Below, in pieces: positions 10,521 through 20,517 of a stretch of 32,000 bases of DNA. The notes beneath the pieces were generated by a model. The model was given only the letters and a program-made list of their open reading frames with translations. It did no database searches and was not told where the DNA came from. The translations under genes were made by a program, and so were the position numbers. Within the stretch, counting starts at the first letter, position 1. Each line of letters opens with the position of its first letter. The DNA comes from Mesoplasma florum L1 (lineage in GTDB: Bacteria; Bacillota_I; Bacilli_A; Mycoplasmatales; Mycoplasmataceae). The DNA lies in the NCBI RefSeq assembly GCF_000008305.1, contig NC_006055.1:240001-272000 (forward strand). Reading direction: 5' to 3'.

Positions 10521-10941
10521 CTTGCAATTTAATTCTTTTTTCCGCAGCTTTTAAATTTAGTTTAGCTTTTTTAAGTCTTATTTTAGCATTTCTTATTTTA
10601 GCTTTAAAAGTTATTTTTTCAAATTCATTTTTATTAGATTTTAATTCTTGTTTTCTTTGATCCAATTCAAGTTTAGCAACGTTTACTTCGGCTTTGGCTA
10701 ACTTTAATTCACTTAAAGATCTTTCATGAATCTCATGCGAATTGAAAAAGCTAGTGTAATCTATTGTCATTTCTTCTGTTGAATGAGTGTTTTCGTTATT
10801 TTCATATATTTTAGCTATTAATTTATGTTCTCTAGCTAGTTTTTTTGCTTCTGATATTGCATCTTCTTTTTCTTTAAAAGAACCTAATTCGTCTTGTGTT
10901 ACTATAACTTCTTTTTCATTTTTAACTATTTTTCATGGCAT
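10504..10941 (-). CDS. Hypothetical protein: DUF2188-like N-terminus plus Lys-rich coiled-coil tail
   Basis: Track ORF 10504..10770 extends upstream in frame to the ATG at 10941 (rc ATGCCATGAAAA, second TGA=Trp); 145 aa. N-terminus MPWKIVKNEKEVIVTQDELGSFKEKEDAISEAKKLAREHKLIAKIY resembles, from memory, the W-x-V...G-x-F...EAI..A..LA pattern of DUF2188. The C-terminus is heptad-like: KLELDQRKQELK...KAKIRNAKIRLKKAKLNLKAAEKRIKLQEKKEI. Confidence 0.6.
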
Positions 10942-11012
10942 AAATAAAAACCCTTTTCTTTTTATTTATTATATTAAATACTTAGAAGAAAAACAAACTT
11001 AAATATAAAGAA

Positions 11013-11034
11013 CAAAAAAAGGACTCATAGTCCT
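11013..11034 (-). terminator. Intrinsic terminator downstream of tRNA-Leu
   Basis: Stem aggact (11020-11025) / agtcct (11029-11034), loop cat. On the minus strand it is followed by a 7-nt U-run (rc of A-run 11013-11019). Confidence 0.65.
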
Positions 11035-11050
11035 AAATTTTTTTTGAGAT

Positions 11051-11135
11051 TGGTGCCTCCTATCGGGGTCGAACCGATACGAGTTTCCTCGTCAGATTTT
11101 GAGTCTGATGCGTCTGCCAATTCCGCCAAGGAGGC
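11051..11135 (-). tRNA. tRNA-Leu (anticodon CAA)
   Basis: 85-nt cloverleaf on the reverse complement. Acceptor GCCTCCT/AGGAGGC, anticodon stem TCAGA/TCTGA with loop CTCAAAA, long variable arm CGAGGAAACTCG typical of a class II tRNA, T-loop GGTTCGACCCC, and an encoded CCA. Confidence 0.93.
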
Positions 11136-11143
11136 ATATAACA

Positions 11144-11151
11144 ATTATAAT
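11144..11151. promoter_or_regulatory. Palindromic ATTATAAT giving a TATAAT -10 hexamer on each strand
   Basis: The minus-strand TATAAT (rc of 11144-11149) lies 8 nt before the tRNA-Leu 5' end, the same spacing as at ssrA. The plus-strand TATAAT (11146-11151), and also TGGTAAAAT at 11160-11168, precede the 11190 gene. Confidence 0.4.
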
Positions 11152-11189
11152 ACTTTTTTTGGTAAAATAATTCTAATGAAAGAGGTATT

Positions 11190-11933
11190 ATGAAAAAACA
11201 AGAAAATAAAATACTGATGCTAAATATATTTAATATACTAGTTACAATACTTTTCAATTTATTAATCATTGCAGTTATAATCTTTGTTTGTGTTTCATTG
11301 AAGCAAGTTATAGTAGCTATATTAGCTGTGTTACCAATTGTTTCAATTATTTCACTAATTATTTTTTATACAATTTCGTATAAGAAAAGAAAAATAGGAG
11401 TAACTAACTTATTATTATTTATGTGTTCAATTAACATTCCTTCATTATTAATTAGTTATAAAATTATTTCTGAATTAGAAACTTTAGATATTTTTGCAAA
11501 TGCTAATAATGATGAAAAAACAATTGAAAAAAACAACTTAATGGCTGATTGAGAAATTAAAATTGAACAAGAAAAGATTGAAAAAAAATTAGCAAAATTA
11601 AATTCTAAAAATGAATCTAATAATAACTCTAAAAAAGTTATTGAACAAAAAAGAGAAGAAAGAAAAAGAGAAATATATAAGAGTTATTCAAAATTTGTTT
11701 ACAATAAAATTATTAAAAAATATCCTGATGAAAAAAATACTTTTAAATTGATATCACTAACAACTGAAGCTTTAGAAAATTCAAATTTTCTTGGTGCATA
11801 TATAAAACAAGAAAAATTAATTAATTTATTACAAGAGTTTGATTGAACCAAAGAGCAGGTAATAGAAATTCTAAATGAAAAAGATATTGAGCAAATTGTT
11901 ATAACATTTAAAGAAAATAGAAAAAACTTTTAG
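11190..11933 (+). CDS. Hypothetical membrane protein (orphan): three predicted TM helices plus a charged cytoplasmic tail
   Basis: ATG follows AAAGAGGT. Track ORF 11190..11552 continues through two TGA codons to TAG 11931-11933; 247 aa. Hydrophobic stretches are LNIFNILVTILFNLLIIAVIIFVCV, VIVAILAVLPIVSIISLIIFYTI and LLLFMCSINIPSLLISY, followed by a Lys/Glu-rich region. No motif recognised. Confidence 0.6.
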
Positions 11934-11966
11934 AAAAAAACACATGCGTTTAAGCATGTGTTTTAT
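11934..11966. terminator. Bidirectional terminator between the convergent 11190 gene and rpmB
   Basis: Stem acacatgc (11940-11947) / gcatgtgt (11954-11961), A-run before and T-rich run after. Confidence 0.75.
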
Positions 11967-11970
11967 TTTA

Positions 11971-12171
11971 TTAAGCAACAACTACGTTTTGTTTTTTTAA
12001 AGTTCTTAAAGTTCTTGCTGAAACTTTGATAGTGAATACATTACCGTTTTCGTCCATAACTTTAACTTTTTGTAAGTTTAAATTTCATTTTCTTTTTGTT
12101 GCATTTAAAGCGTGTGATCTTGAATTACCAGATAACGCACTTTTACCAGTTAACATATCTTTTCTTGCCAT
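11971..12171 (-). CDS. rpmB: 50S ribosomal protein L28
   Basis: Absent from the ORF track (one internal TGA). The reverse complement encodes [66 protein letters not shown] (66 aa), with SD AGAGGTGA upstream. Confidence 0.93.
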
Positions 12172-12261
12172 CTCATTTCACCTCTGTCTATAGTTAAGAT
12201 TAATAACACTAAAAAAATAATACTAAAAATAAAGAGATAATACAACATATATAATAAAATT

Positions 12262-12289
12262 TTGCTTTTTTACCCAACTTTTATATAAT
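12262..12289 (+). promoter_or_regulatory. Sigma-70-type promoter for asp23/fakA
   Basis: -35 TTGCTT (12262-12267), 16-nt spacer, -10 TATAAT (12284-12289). A second extended -10, TGTTAAAAT, lies at 12292-12300. Confidence 0.5.
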
Positions 12290-12326
12290 ATTGTTAAAAT
12301 AATATAAGTGAAAGTAAGGTGATTTT

Positions 12327-12638
12327 GTGAACACAATAGACAAATCAGTGATTAAAGTTATTAAAGATGCAATAGTAACAGTTCCTGGTGTAGTTTCATT
12401 TTCTAATTTTAATGCAGATTCTTATGATGAGATTGCAACAAATGATATTAACAACGCTATTGAGTTTACGAACACTGACAATATAACTCGTTTCAGAATA
12501 CATGTTATAATATTATCTGGTGTTAATATCAAAGATGTTATAAAAGAAATACAAATTAGAGTAAAATACGAATTAGAAAAAATCTCAAAATTTACTATGA
12601 AATACATGGTAGATGTTGTGGTTGACGATTTAGCTTAA
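12327..12638 (+). CDS. Asp23/Gls24-family envelope stress protein (YloU-like)
   Basis: GTG start after AAGGTGA; 103 aa. The pattern VPGVV...IHVIILSGVNIKDVIKEIQIRVKYELEKISKFTMKYMVDVVVDDL fits the Asp23 family. It sits upstream of the DAK2 gene, as in the Firmicute yloU-yloV pair. Confidence 0.7.
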   Translation: MNTIDKSVIKVIKDAIVTVPGVVSFSNFNADSYDEIATNDINNAIEFTNTDNITRFRIHVIILSGVNIKDVIKEIQIRVKYELEKISKFTMKYMVDVVVDDLA

Positions 12639-12666
12639 AAGCAATAATGATAGGTGAAGGAAGAAA

Positions 12667-14313
12667 ATGGAAAAATTAATTTTAATAAAAGACTCAATGA
12701 CGAGTGCTGTAAACAATTTATATAATAACTACCCACATATTGATAAGCTTAACGTTTTCCCTGTTCCAGATGGAGATACAGGGACTAACATGAATCTTAC
12801 TGCTACAAATGGATACAATGATGTTAAAGATATTGAATTTAAAACAATTGGTGAATTTTTAAATGCTTTTTCTAGAGGTTTAATTATGGGAGCTAGAGGT
12901 AACTCTGGTGTTATTTTTTCTCAAATCATTAAGGGTCTAGCAAAAGGAATGAATGATGCATCAGAATTATCTGCAGCAGAATGAAAAAAAGGTTTTGCAG
13001 AATCTAAAATAATTGCTTATAGAGCGGTAATGAAACCTGTTGAAGGTACAATTTTAACTGTTATTAGAGAAGTAGCTGAACAATCAGCTTTATTACCTGA
13101 TGATATGGAAATTAAAGAATTTTGAAATAAAATAATTTTAATTGCTAATGAAGCTTTAGAAAACACTCCTAATTTATTACAAGCACTTAAAGATGTTGGT
13201 GTTGTTGACTCTGGTGCTTATGGATTAGTTAAATTTTTAGAAGGTATGAATTCAGTATTCCAATCAAACAAAATAATTGCAAAAACAGACAAACTTGAAA
13301 TCAATGAAGGTGGAAACATCGAAATGGAAATTGAAGCTGAGTTTGGTTATTGTACTGAAGGTATTGTAATGTTAAATGAAGAATGAATTAACAAACTACA
13401 AACTAGTGCAATTAGAGATCAATTACAAATTTATGGAAATACTTCAATTGTTGTTGTTATTGATGAAGATATTTTAAAAGTTCATACACACGCATTAAGT
13501 CCAGGTCAAGTATTAATGTTCTTACAACAATATGGTGATTTTAAAACTATTAAAGTAGATAATATGAATTTACAAGCAGATAAGCAAGTTAAAGGTAATG
13601 AAGCTTCAGGATGACAAGAAACTACATCAATTAAACTTGAAAGAAAATTAAACAATGATTATGCAACTATAGCGGTTGTATCTTCACCAGAAATGAAAAA
13701 ATACTTTGAAAAAGAACTTGGTATTGATATAGCAATTGATGGAGGTTCTAAAATGAATCCTTCAACTAACGATTTCTTAAAAGCTATTGAAGAAGTTGAT
13801 GCTAAAGCTGTTTATTTAATGCCTAATAACGGAAACGTTTTATTGGCAGCAAAACAAGCAGAAAAAGAAGAAACTAAATCAAAAATAATAGTTATTCCAA
13901 CAAAAACTATTCAACAAGGAATGACTGCAGCATTATCTTTTGATCCTTCTGCAACAACAATGAAAAATACAAAAGCAATAACATCAGCAATTAAAAATGT
14001 GATTTCTTTCCAAGTGTCACAAGCTGCAAAAGATTCTGTTGTTAACGGAATTAAAATTAAAAAAGATCAACAAATGGCTATCGTGGATGGAAAAATTGTT
14101 GGTACAGCTAATGATATTGGCATTTTATTTGAAAAACAATTATCAAGATATATAACAAATAAAACAGAAATTATAACTATTTTTATTGGTCAAGATGCAT
14201 CAGCTAAAAGTGTTAGTCAATTGAGAAAATTCTTAGATGAAAATTTCGACGTTGAATATGAGATTATTGAAGGTGGACAAAAAGTTTACAGTTTCATAAT
14301 CGCAGTAGAATAA
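12667..14313 (+). CDS. fakA: DAK2-domain protein / fatty acid kinase subunit FakA (YloV-like)
   Basis: Track ORFs 12667..12984 and 13693..14313 share frame 1, and the gap reads cleanly with 4 TGA=Trp; 548 aa. Motifs VFPVPDGDTGTNM, GARGNSGVIFSQ, KPVEGTILTV, DVGVVDSGAYGL, FGYCTEG. Confidence 0.88.
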
Positions 14314-14319
14314 TTTATT

Positions 14320-14347
14320 AAAACACCAATTTGGTGTTTTAATTTTA
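14320..14347 (+). terminator. Intrinsic terminator after fakA
   Basis: Stem aaacacca (14321-14328) / tggtgttt (14332-14339), 3-nt loop, T-rich tail. Confidence 0.65.
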
Positions 14348-14376
14348 TAAAATAATTAAAAAGGTAGGTACTACAA

Positions 14377-15372
14377 ATGTATAAAATAGCGTTTGATGTT
14401 ATGGGTTCAGATAATGGTAGTGCAGTTGCAATAGAAGCTGCAAGCAGATTTATAAAATCAAGAAAAGATTTATATCTTGTTTTTGTTGGTGATGAAGACC
14501 AAATAAAAACATCTTTAGAAAAATTCCCAATTGACGAGTCAAGATTTGAAATTTTAGCAACAAAAGAATTTATTGATATGAATGGTTCAATTATGGATAT
14601 TAGAAGAAAAAAAGATTCATCTATGGTTAGAGCTTTAGAAACTTTAAAGGATAAAAAAGTTGATGCAATGATTACTGGTGGAAATTCTGCTGCATTTATT
14701 GCAGGTTCACATTTTATTCTTGGTGAATTAAATGGAATTTCTAGACCAGGGTTCATGCCAACTCTTCCAACAGCTGTAAGCAATAAATTAACTTTATTGC
14801 TTGATGTAGGGGCAAATCTTGAAGCTGACATTGAAGATATCATAGGATATGCAAAAATGGCTAATATATATGCTAAAAACGTCTTAAAAATAGAAAATCC
14901 TTTGATTGCACAATTAAATATAGGTGAAGAAAAGTCAAAAGGTACTTTATTACAAAAAGAAATATATAAAGAATTAGAATCAGATGAGAATATTAACTTT
15001 TTTGGTAATTTAGAATCAAGAGATATATTAGCTGGTAAAGTTGACATTATAGTTACTGATGGTTATACAGGAAATATGTGTTTAAAAGCTTTCGAAGGAG
15101 CTTCTAAAATTTTAATGACTGAGATTAAATCACAATTGTATAAAACAATTTTTACAAAATTAAAAGCCTTAACACTTAAAAAATCATTTGATAATGTTTC
15201 AAAAAAATTTGATTACAAAAATCACTCTGGTGCTATTCTACTAGGAGTTGAAGGGATTGCTTTTAAAGCTCATGGTTCAAGTGATGTTAAATCATTTGAA
15301 GCAACACTAAGAATGACTTGTGATGCAGTGGAAAATGACGTATTAAATAAAATTAAAAAGGAATTGAATTAA
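14377..15372 (+). CDS. plsX: Phosphate acyltransferase PlsX
   Basis: Intact 331-aa ORF: [14 protein letters not shown]..., [34 protein letters not shown]...KAHGSS. Confidence 0.92.
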   Translation: MYKIAFDVMGSDNGSAVAIEAASRFIKSRKDLYLVFVGDEDQIKTSLEKFPIDESRFEILATKEFIDMNGSIMDIRRKKDSSMVRALETLKDKKVDAMITGGNSAAFIAGSHFILGELNGISRPGFMPTLPTAVSNKLTLLLDVGANLEADIEDIIGYAKMANIYAKNVLKIENPLIAQLNIGEEKSKGTLLQKEIYKELESDENINFFGNLESRDILAGKVDIIVTDGYTGNMCLKAFEGASKILMTEIKSQLYKTIFTKLKALTLKKSFDNVSKKFDYKNHSGAILLGVEGIAFKAHGSSDVKSFEATLRMTCDAVENDVLNKIKKELN

Positions 15373-15373
15373 T

Positions 15374-16069
15374 ATGACAATGCATGAATTTTTTGAAAAT
15401 TTTGGAATAAAAATTAATGATTCAAAAATATTTAGTACTGCTTTAACTCATAATTCATATGCTAATGAAACTAAAACAAAAGAAACATACCAAAGACTTG
15501 AATTTCTAGGTGATGCAGTTTTACAAATGTATGTTTCTAAGTTTCTTTATTTAAATTTCACAAATGCACCAGAAGGTAAACTAACAAAAACAAGGTCTGA
15601 TATTGTTAGACAAGAAACATTAAGTGAAATTGCAAAGATGATAGATTTAGGAAAAATTATAAGATTAGGTCAGGGAGAAATAAAATCTAAAGGTTATGAA
15701 AAACCTTCTATTTTATCTGACGTATATGAAGCTGTTACAGCTGCTATATATTTAGATCAAACCGAAGAAGTGCTCATATCATGAATAAAGTCAACAATAT
15801 TCAAATACATTGAAAAAAATGATTATAAAGAATTAAATCATGATTATAAATCAGAATTACAAGAAATTATTCAAGCTGAAATAAGAAGTGATCTAGAATA
15901 TAGGGTTGAAAGCCAAAAACACATCGAAAAAGATAATAAAATTGAGTACACTGTTAGCGTTAATTTAGATGGAAAAAAATACGGTATTGGAACTGGATTT
16001 TCTAAACAAGAAGCATCACAAAATGCAGCAAAAGATTGCTTAAATAAACTTAAAAAATCAGCAAAATAA
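15374..16069 (+). CDS. rnc: Ribonuclease III
   Basis: Starts 1 nt after the plsX stop (TAATATG). RNase III signature [15 protein letters not shown]. Continues past TGA 15782-15784 into a dsRBD ([18 protein letters not shown]) and ends at TAA 16067-16069; 231 aa. Confidence 0.92.
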
Positions 16070-16075
16070 AGAGCC

Positions 16076-16105
16076 AAAAGTGAGAATTTATCTCACTTTT
16101 TATTT
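16076..16105 (+). terminator. Intrinsic terminator after rnc
   Basis: Perfect 10-bp stem aaaagtgaga (16076-16085) / tctcactttt (16091-16100), loop attta, T-rich tail. Confidence 0.75.
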
Positions 16106-16168
16106 CTTAAAATATAGCTTTTATACATAGTATAAAGAAAGAAAAAACTAACACTTTTTCCAGTTTTT

Positions 16169-16177
16169 TGCTATAAT
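16169..16177 (+). promoter_or_regulatory. Extended -10 promoter for smc
   Basis: TGCTATAAT (TGnTATAAT) lies about 42 nt upstream of the smc ATG. The -35 is weak. Confidence 0.45.
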
Positions 16178-16218
16178 TTTATTAGTTATTACATTTAAAT
16201 TTAAGGAGTTAATAAATT

Positions 16219-19206
16219 ATGCTATTTTTAAAACAGATTAGAGCAGTCGGATTTAAGTCATTTGCAGAACCAACAACTTTAAACTTCACAAAAGAAATGA
16301 TTGGTGTTGTTGGACCAAATGGGTCAGGTAAATCAAATATTACAGATTCTATAAGATGAGCATTGGGTGAGCAATCAACAAAATCATTACGTGGAGCTAA
16401 TATGGATGATATTGTTTTTTCAGGAAGCACTGACAAACCAGCAGCAGACTTTGCAGAGGTAACTTTAGTTTTTGATAACCAAAGAGACATATTCTCTACT
16501 ATAAAAACAGATGTTGTTGAAATCACAAGAAGATTTAATAAAAAAACTCGTGACAGTGACTTTTTCATTAACGGTGAAAAATGTAAATTAAGAGATATTC
16601 AAGATGTTGCTTTAGAAACTGGACTAACAAAATCAAGTATTGCAATTATTTCTCAAGGAACAATCTCAACATTTGCTGAAGCAAAACCCGATGCAAGAAG
16701 AGAAATTTTTGATGAAGCCGCTGGTTTAGCAAAATACAAAAAAAGAAAATTAGAAGCTCTAAAACAATTAGCCAAAACTACTGAAAATTTAACAAGAATA
16801 AGTGATATTAAGTTAACTCTAGAAAAAAGATTACCAAGAGAAAAAGAAAAAGCAGAAAAAGCTGCTAAATATAAAGATAAAATTGAAGAACTACAAAAAA
16901 TTGAATTAACTATATTAGCAAGTGATGCGTTAAGATTTGAAACTGAATTATCTTCATTAAGAGATAAAAGACGTCAATTAGATATAGAAGTTCAAAAGTT
17001 AGCAAATGAAATTAACTTATCTCAAGATGAATTAGATGTAATGTTATCTAAAAATGGGGATGCTGATAAAGAAATAACTCAATTAAATTTAAACTTCCAA
17101 AGAATTGTTGAAAGAATAGCAAACTTAAAAAATCAAAAACAACAAGTTGAAGCAAGAGAAAACTCAGAAAATGTTAATGAAAATATTGATGACATAAAAG
17201 CAAGAGCAATTAAAAAAGAGTTTGATGAAAAATCAATATCTTTAAATAGTGAAAAGGATCTTATTATTAGTCTTGAAAGACAAGAATTAGATTTAAAGAA
17301 AAGATATGATGAAGTAAATGATCAATTTAGAACTTTCCATATGCAATCACAAGAGATTGAATCAGAAAAGAATAAATTACAATATCGTTTAGAAGAACTT
17401 GAACATAAACAAAATACAAATAATTTAAATCCTATGTCAGGTGCAAAAGCTATTATTGATAATGCAAAAAGATTATCTGGAGTTGTTGGTACTGTTGGTT
17501 CATTAATCGATGTAAAAGAAGAACACCAAATAGCAATTTCATTAATTACAGGTAACCATTTACAATCAGTTGTATTTAAAACAAGTGATGATGCTAAAAA
17601 AGGAATTGAATTCTTAAAAAATCAAAGATTAGGTAGAGTTAATGCATTACCTATTGATACTTTGAATCCTTCTTCAATCGCTGGCCCACAAAGAGACATA
17701 ATAAAAAGAGCTCCAGGGTTCGTTGGTTTTGCTAATGAATTAGTTGAAATTGAAAAAGACTGCCAAGTAGTATTAGATTATATTTATGGTACAACAATTG
17801 TTACAAGAAACTTTGATGATGCAACTAGACTTGGAAAAAGTATTAACTTCCGTTATGGAATAGTTTCATTAGATGGTCAAAGAGTTTTACCTAGAGGTGC
17901 AATGAGTGGGGGTTCTGTTAACAAAGCTTCAAATATATTTGCAGCTAAAAAAGTTGATGAATCATTTGATCCAGAATCAATTAAAAATAAAATTATTACA
18001 TTAGATAAAATATTTAATGAAAAACAAAAAACATTTAATGATTTAAAAGAAGTAAGAGAAAAATTAATTGACGATATAAATCAAGCATCATCAAATATTA
18101 GGATTGGTAAAAACTCAATCAACATACTTAATTCTTCATTAGTAGAATTATCAGATAACTACAAAATTATTACAGGTAAAGATTTATTGAATAATCAAAC
18201 CACTTCTTCATTTGACGAATCTGAATCAATTAGGTTAGCTAGAGAAATTGCTAAACTAGAAACTGAAAGAAATGAAATTTCAATTAAAGTTAACGCACTA
18301 TCAGATTCAAAAACAAAAACAACTGATCGTCAACATGAATTAAATAAAGAAAACAAAGAAAAACGTGAAACTTTAAATAATTGAAAAGATGAATTAGCAA
18401 ATGTTAAATCAGACTTAACTATTTTAGAATCTACAAACATTCAAATTCTAAAAAGATTGTCAGAAGGATACAATTTATCACTTGATGCAATTAGAGAAAT
18501 GCATTTTGATGAAATCGAAAACCCAGAAGAAACAAGAACTAGAATTCAAGAATTAACTATTGAATTAAAATCAATTGGTGAAGTTTCAATGGATGCAATT
18601 CAAGAATATGAAGAAACTAAAAAAGAGTACGATTACTATGTTACAAATTTAAATGAAGTTCAAGAATCAGCAGACAAATTAAACGAAATAATTTTAAATA
18701 TTGACATTGAAATGAAAACTCAATTTAAACGTATTGTTGATGATGTTAATGCTGCTTTACCTGAAGCATTCCAAAAATTATTTAATGGTGGAACAGCAAG
18801 CTTAATTTATACAAATCCAGATGATATATTAGAAACTGGAATTGATATTGAAGTTAATCCTCCAGGTAAAAAAATTACAAACTTGAATTTATTAAGTGGT
18901 GGAGAAAAATCATTGGTTGCACTATCAGTGCTATTCTCAATCTTAAAAGTAAGACCATTGCCATTAGTTATTTTAGATGAGGCAGAAGCTCCATTAGATC
19001 CAGCTAACGTAACAAGATTTGCTCGTTATGTAAGAGATTTCGTTGAAAACACACAATTTATTATTGTAACTCACCGTGAAGGTACAATGGAAAACTGTGA
19101 TATCTTATATGGTGTAACTATGGAAACTAAAGGAATTACAAAAATTGTTCAATTAGCTTTAGATATCGATAAAATTAAAAAATTAATAAATAAAAACAAA
19201 GAATAA
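16219..19206 (+). CDS. smc: Chromosome partition protein SMC
   Basis: ATG at 16219 follows AAGGAG. N-terminal head MLFLKQIRAVGFKSFAEPTTLNFTKEMIGVVGPNGSGKSNITDSIRWALGEQS, with Trp encoded by TGA 16357-16359. Long coiled coils, a hinge (GVVGTVGSLIDV...VVFKTSDDAKKGIEFLK), and a C-terminal head with LSGGEKSLVALSVLFSI and PLVILDEAEAPLD. Three track fragments share one frame; 995 aa. Confidence 0.95.
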
Positions 19207-19215
19207 TTTAAAAAT

Positions 19216-19240
19216 GCACATTTGTGCTTTTTTATTTTTT
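19216..19240 (+). terminator. Weak candidate terminator after smc
   Basis: Only a 4-bp GC core (gcac/gtgc) plus A/T pairs, followed by a long T-run 19228-19242. Confidence 0.35.
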
Positions 19241-19309
19241 TTGACCCTTTAATCATAGATTAAATAAAGCAACTAAAAGTAACATTTTTAAAGTTTTAGA
19301 CACTTAAAT

Positions 19310-19318
19310 TGGTATAAT
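19310..19318 (+). promoter_or_regulatory. Extended -10 promoter for the pst operon
   Basis: TGGTATAAT (TGnTATAAT) lies about 32 nt upstream of the pstS ATG. Confidence 0.5.
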
Positions 19319-19349
19319 ATTATTAATTATTTCTAAATAGGAGAAAAAC

Positions 19350-20489
19350 ATGAACAAGAAATTCTTTTTAGTTATGGTGATAGTTGTAGGAGCTATTGTT
19401 GGTCTTTGATCATGAACTTTAGTTGCCCCAAATAACTCAATTAGTATTGGTGGTAGTGCCAGTGTTCAACCATTATTAAAGAAACTTACTGATAAATATA
19501 AAACTGAAGATGGTAAAAAATTTGTTTATTCAGCAACAGGTTCTGGTGCTGGAGTTACCAATGTTAAAGAAGGCGTTTATGAAATAGGTTTTATTTCAAA
19601 AGACATTGGTGATAATGATTTCACTCCATTGCCAATAAATGAAAATAAAACTTTATTCAAAGATCTAACAGAAGAAAACATTAATGATAAGCATTGATAT
19701 TCAAATACTTTAGCAAGCACTCAAGGTACAGAAGAAACTTATCGTTCTATTGAATTTGCACGAGACTCAATTGTTTTTGTTTATAATGACCAAGGAACTG
19801 GTTTTGATAAATTTTTAAAAGATTCAAATTTAGAATTTGTTTTTGAAGTTAATGATGAAGGAAAATTTGATCAAAAAGATAATGCACAAGGCAAAAACAT
19901 AAATAGAAGTTATAAAATATTAAATGAAATTTATAATAATGATTCTCAAAATGATTTAATTACATGAAATCGCTTAGCTATTTTAATAGCTGAAAACTTT
20001 TCTGAAGAAGGAACTAAGGAACAAAATATTAAACTTGCCCAACAAGTTTCATCAACAGCTAAGGTAACACCTTATTCTTCAACAAGTGGTTCAGGAACAA
20101 GAACTTCATTTACTAATTTAACAGGTATTAATCCTGGTAATGCAGTCAAAGAATATGGAGCAAATGGAACAATTTATAGTCAAATAGAAAAATCACCTGG
20201 ATCAATTGGATTTGTTTCCATGCTATATGGTTCTGCAAATTCTTCAAGAGTAAAATCAGTAAAAATTAAGCAAGGAGACACAACTTGAGATCCTTCAAAA
20301 GATGATTCTGAAAAGTTGTCTTCTTACCCTTTAACAAGACCTTTTATAGCTATATACAAATATGATACAAACAATAAAGATTTAAATAGCATATTAGACT
20401 TTTTATTCTGAATGGCTGCAAGCCCAGAAGTTAAAAATTTATATTCATCTGTAGGTTTAACACAATTAGTTCAACCAACTAAAAAATAA
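19350..20489 (+). CDS. pstS: Phosphate ABC transporter substrate-binding protein PstS
   Basis: Absent from the ORF track (7 in-frame TGA). ATG follows AGGAGAAAAAC. N-terminal hydrophobic anchor FFLVMVIVVGAIVGLW, then SIGGSASVQPLL, SATGSGAGV, SSTSGSGTRTSF and SPGSIGFVS, typical of PstS/PBP-like 2. TAA at 20487-20489; 379 aa. Confidence 0.85.
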
Positions 20490-20517
20490 AAACAAATTAC
20501 AATGGAAAGGAGCATTC

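Noticed and set aside
10496-11135. tRNA-Leu as the attachment site of a small integrated element carrying the DUF2188-like gene
   Set aside because: There is no direct repeat of the tRNA 3' end near 10500. There is also no integrase or recombinase, and no phage or plasmid genes.
11060-11269. 69-aa minus-strand ORF
   Set aside because: It runs straight through the tRNA-Leu gene (11051..11135) and its promoter. It is an artefact of ORF calling.
14286-15047. 253-aa ORF on the minus strand, the longest antisense ORF in the track
   Set aside because: It lies entirely antisense to plsX, which has strong family motifs. Its sequence is low-complexity Ser/Phe/Ile-rich, as expected from reading an AT-rich gene backwards, with no SD or promoter. 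The same reasoning applies to the other antisense track ORFs: 544..726, 6088..6393, 6996..7199, 10787..11002, 12422..12607, 15871..16077, 16209..16568, 22329..22517, 22591..22773, 24329..24577, 24955..25140, 25340..25558, 29861..30046 and 30980..31201.
19249-19263. Palindrome TTAATC-ATA-GATTAA about 50 bp upstream of the pst promoter, as a possible Pho-type operator
   Set aside because: A 6-bp A/T-rich inverted repeat is expected by chance several times in an intergenic region of this composition. It does not resemble PhoP TT(A/T/C)ACA direct repeats. It would only be worth revisiting if conserved in related genomes.
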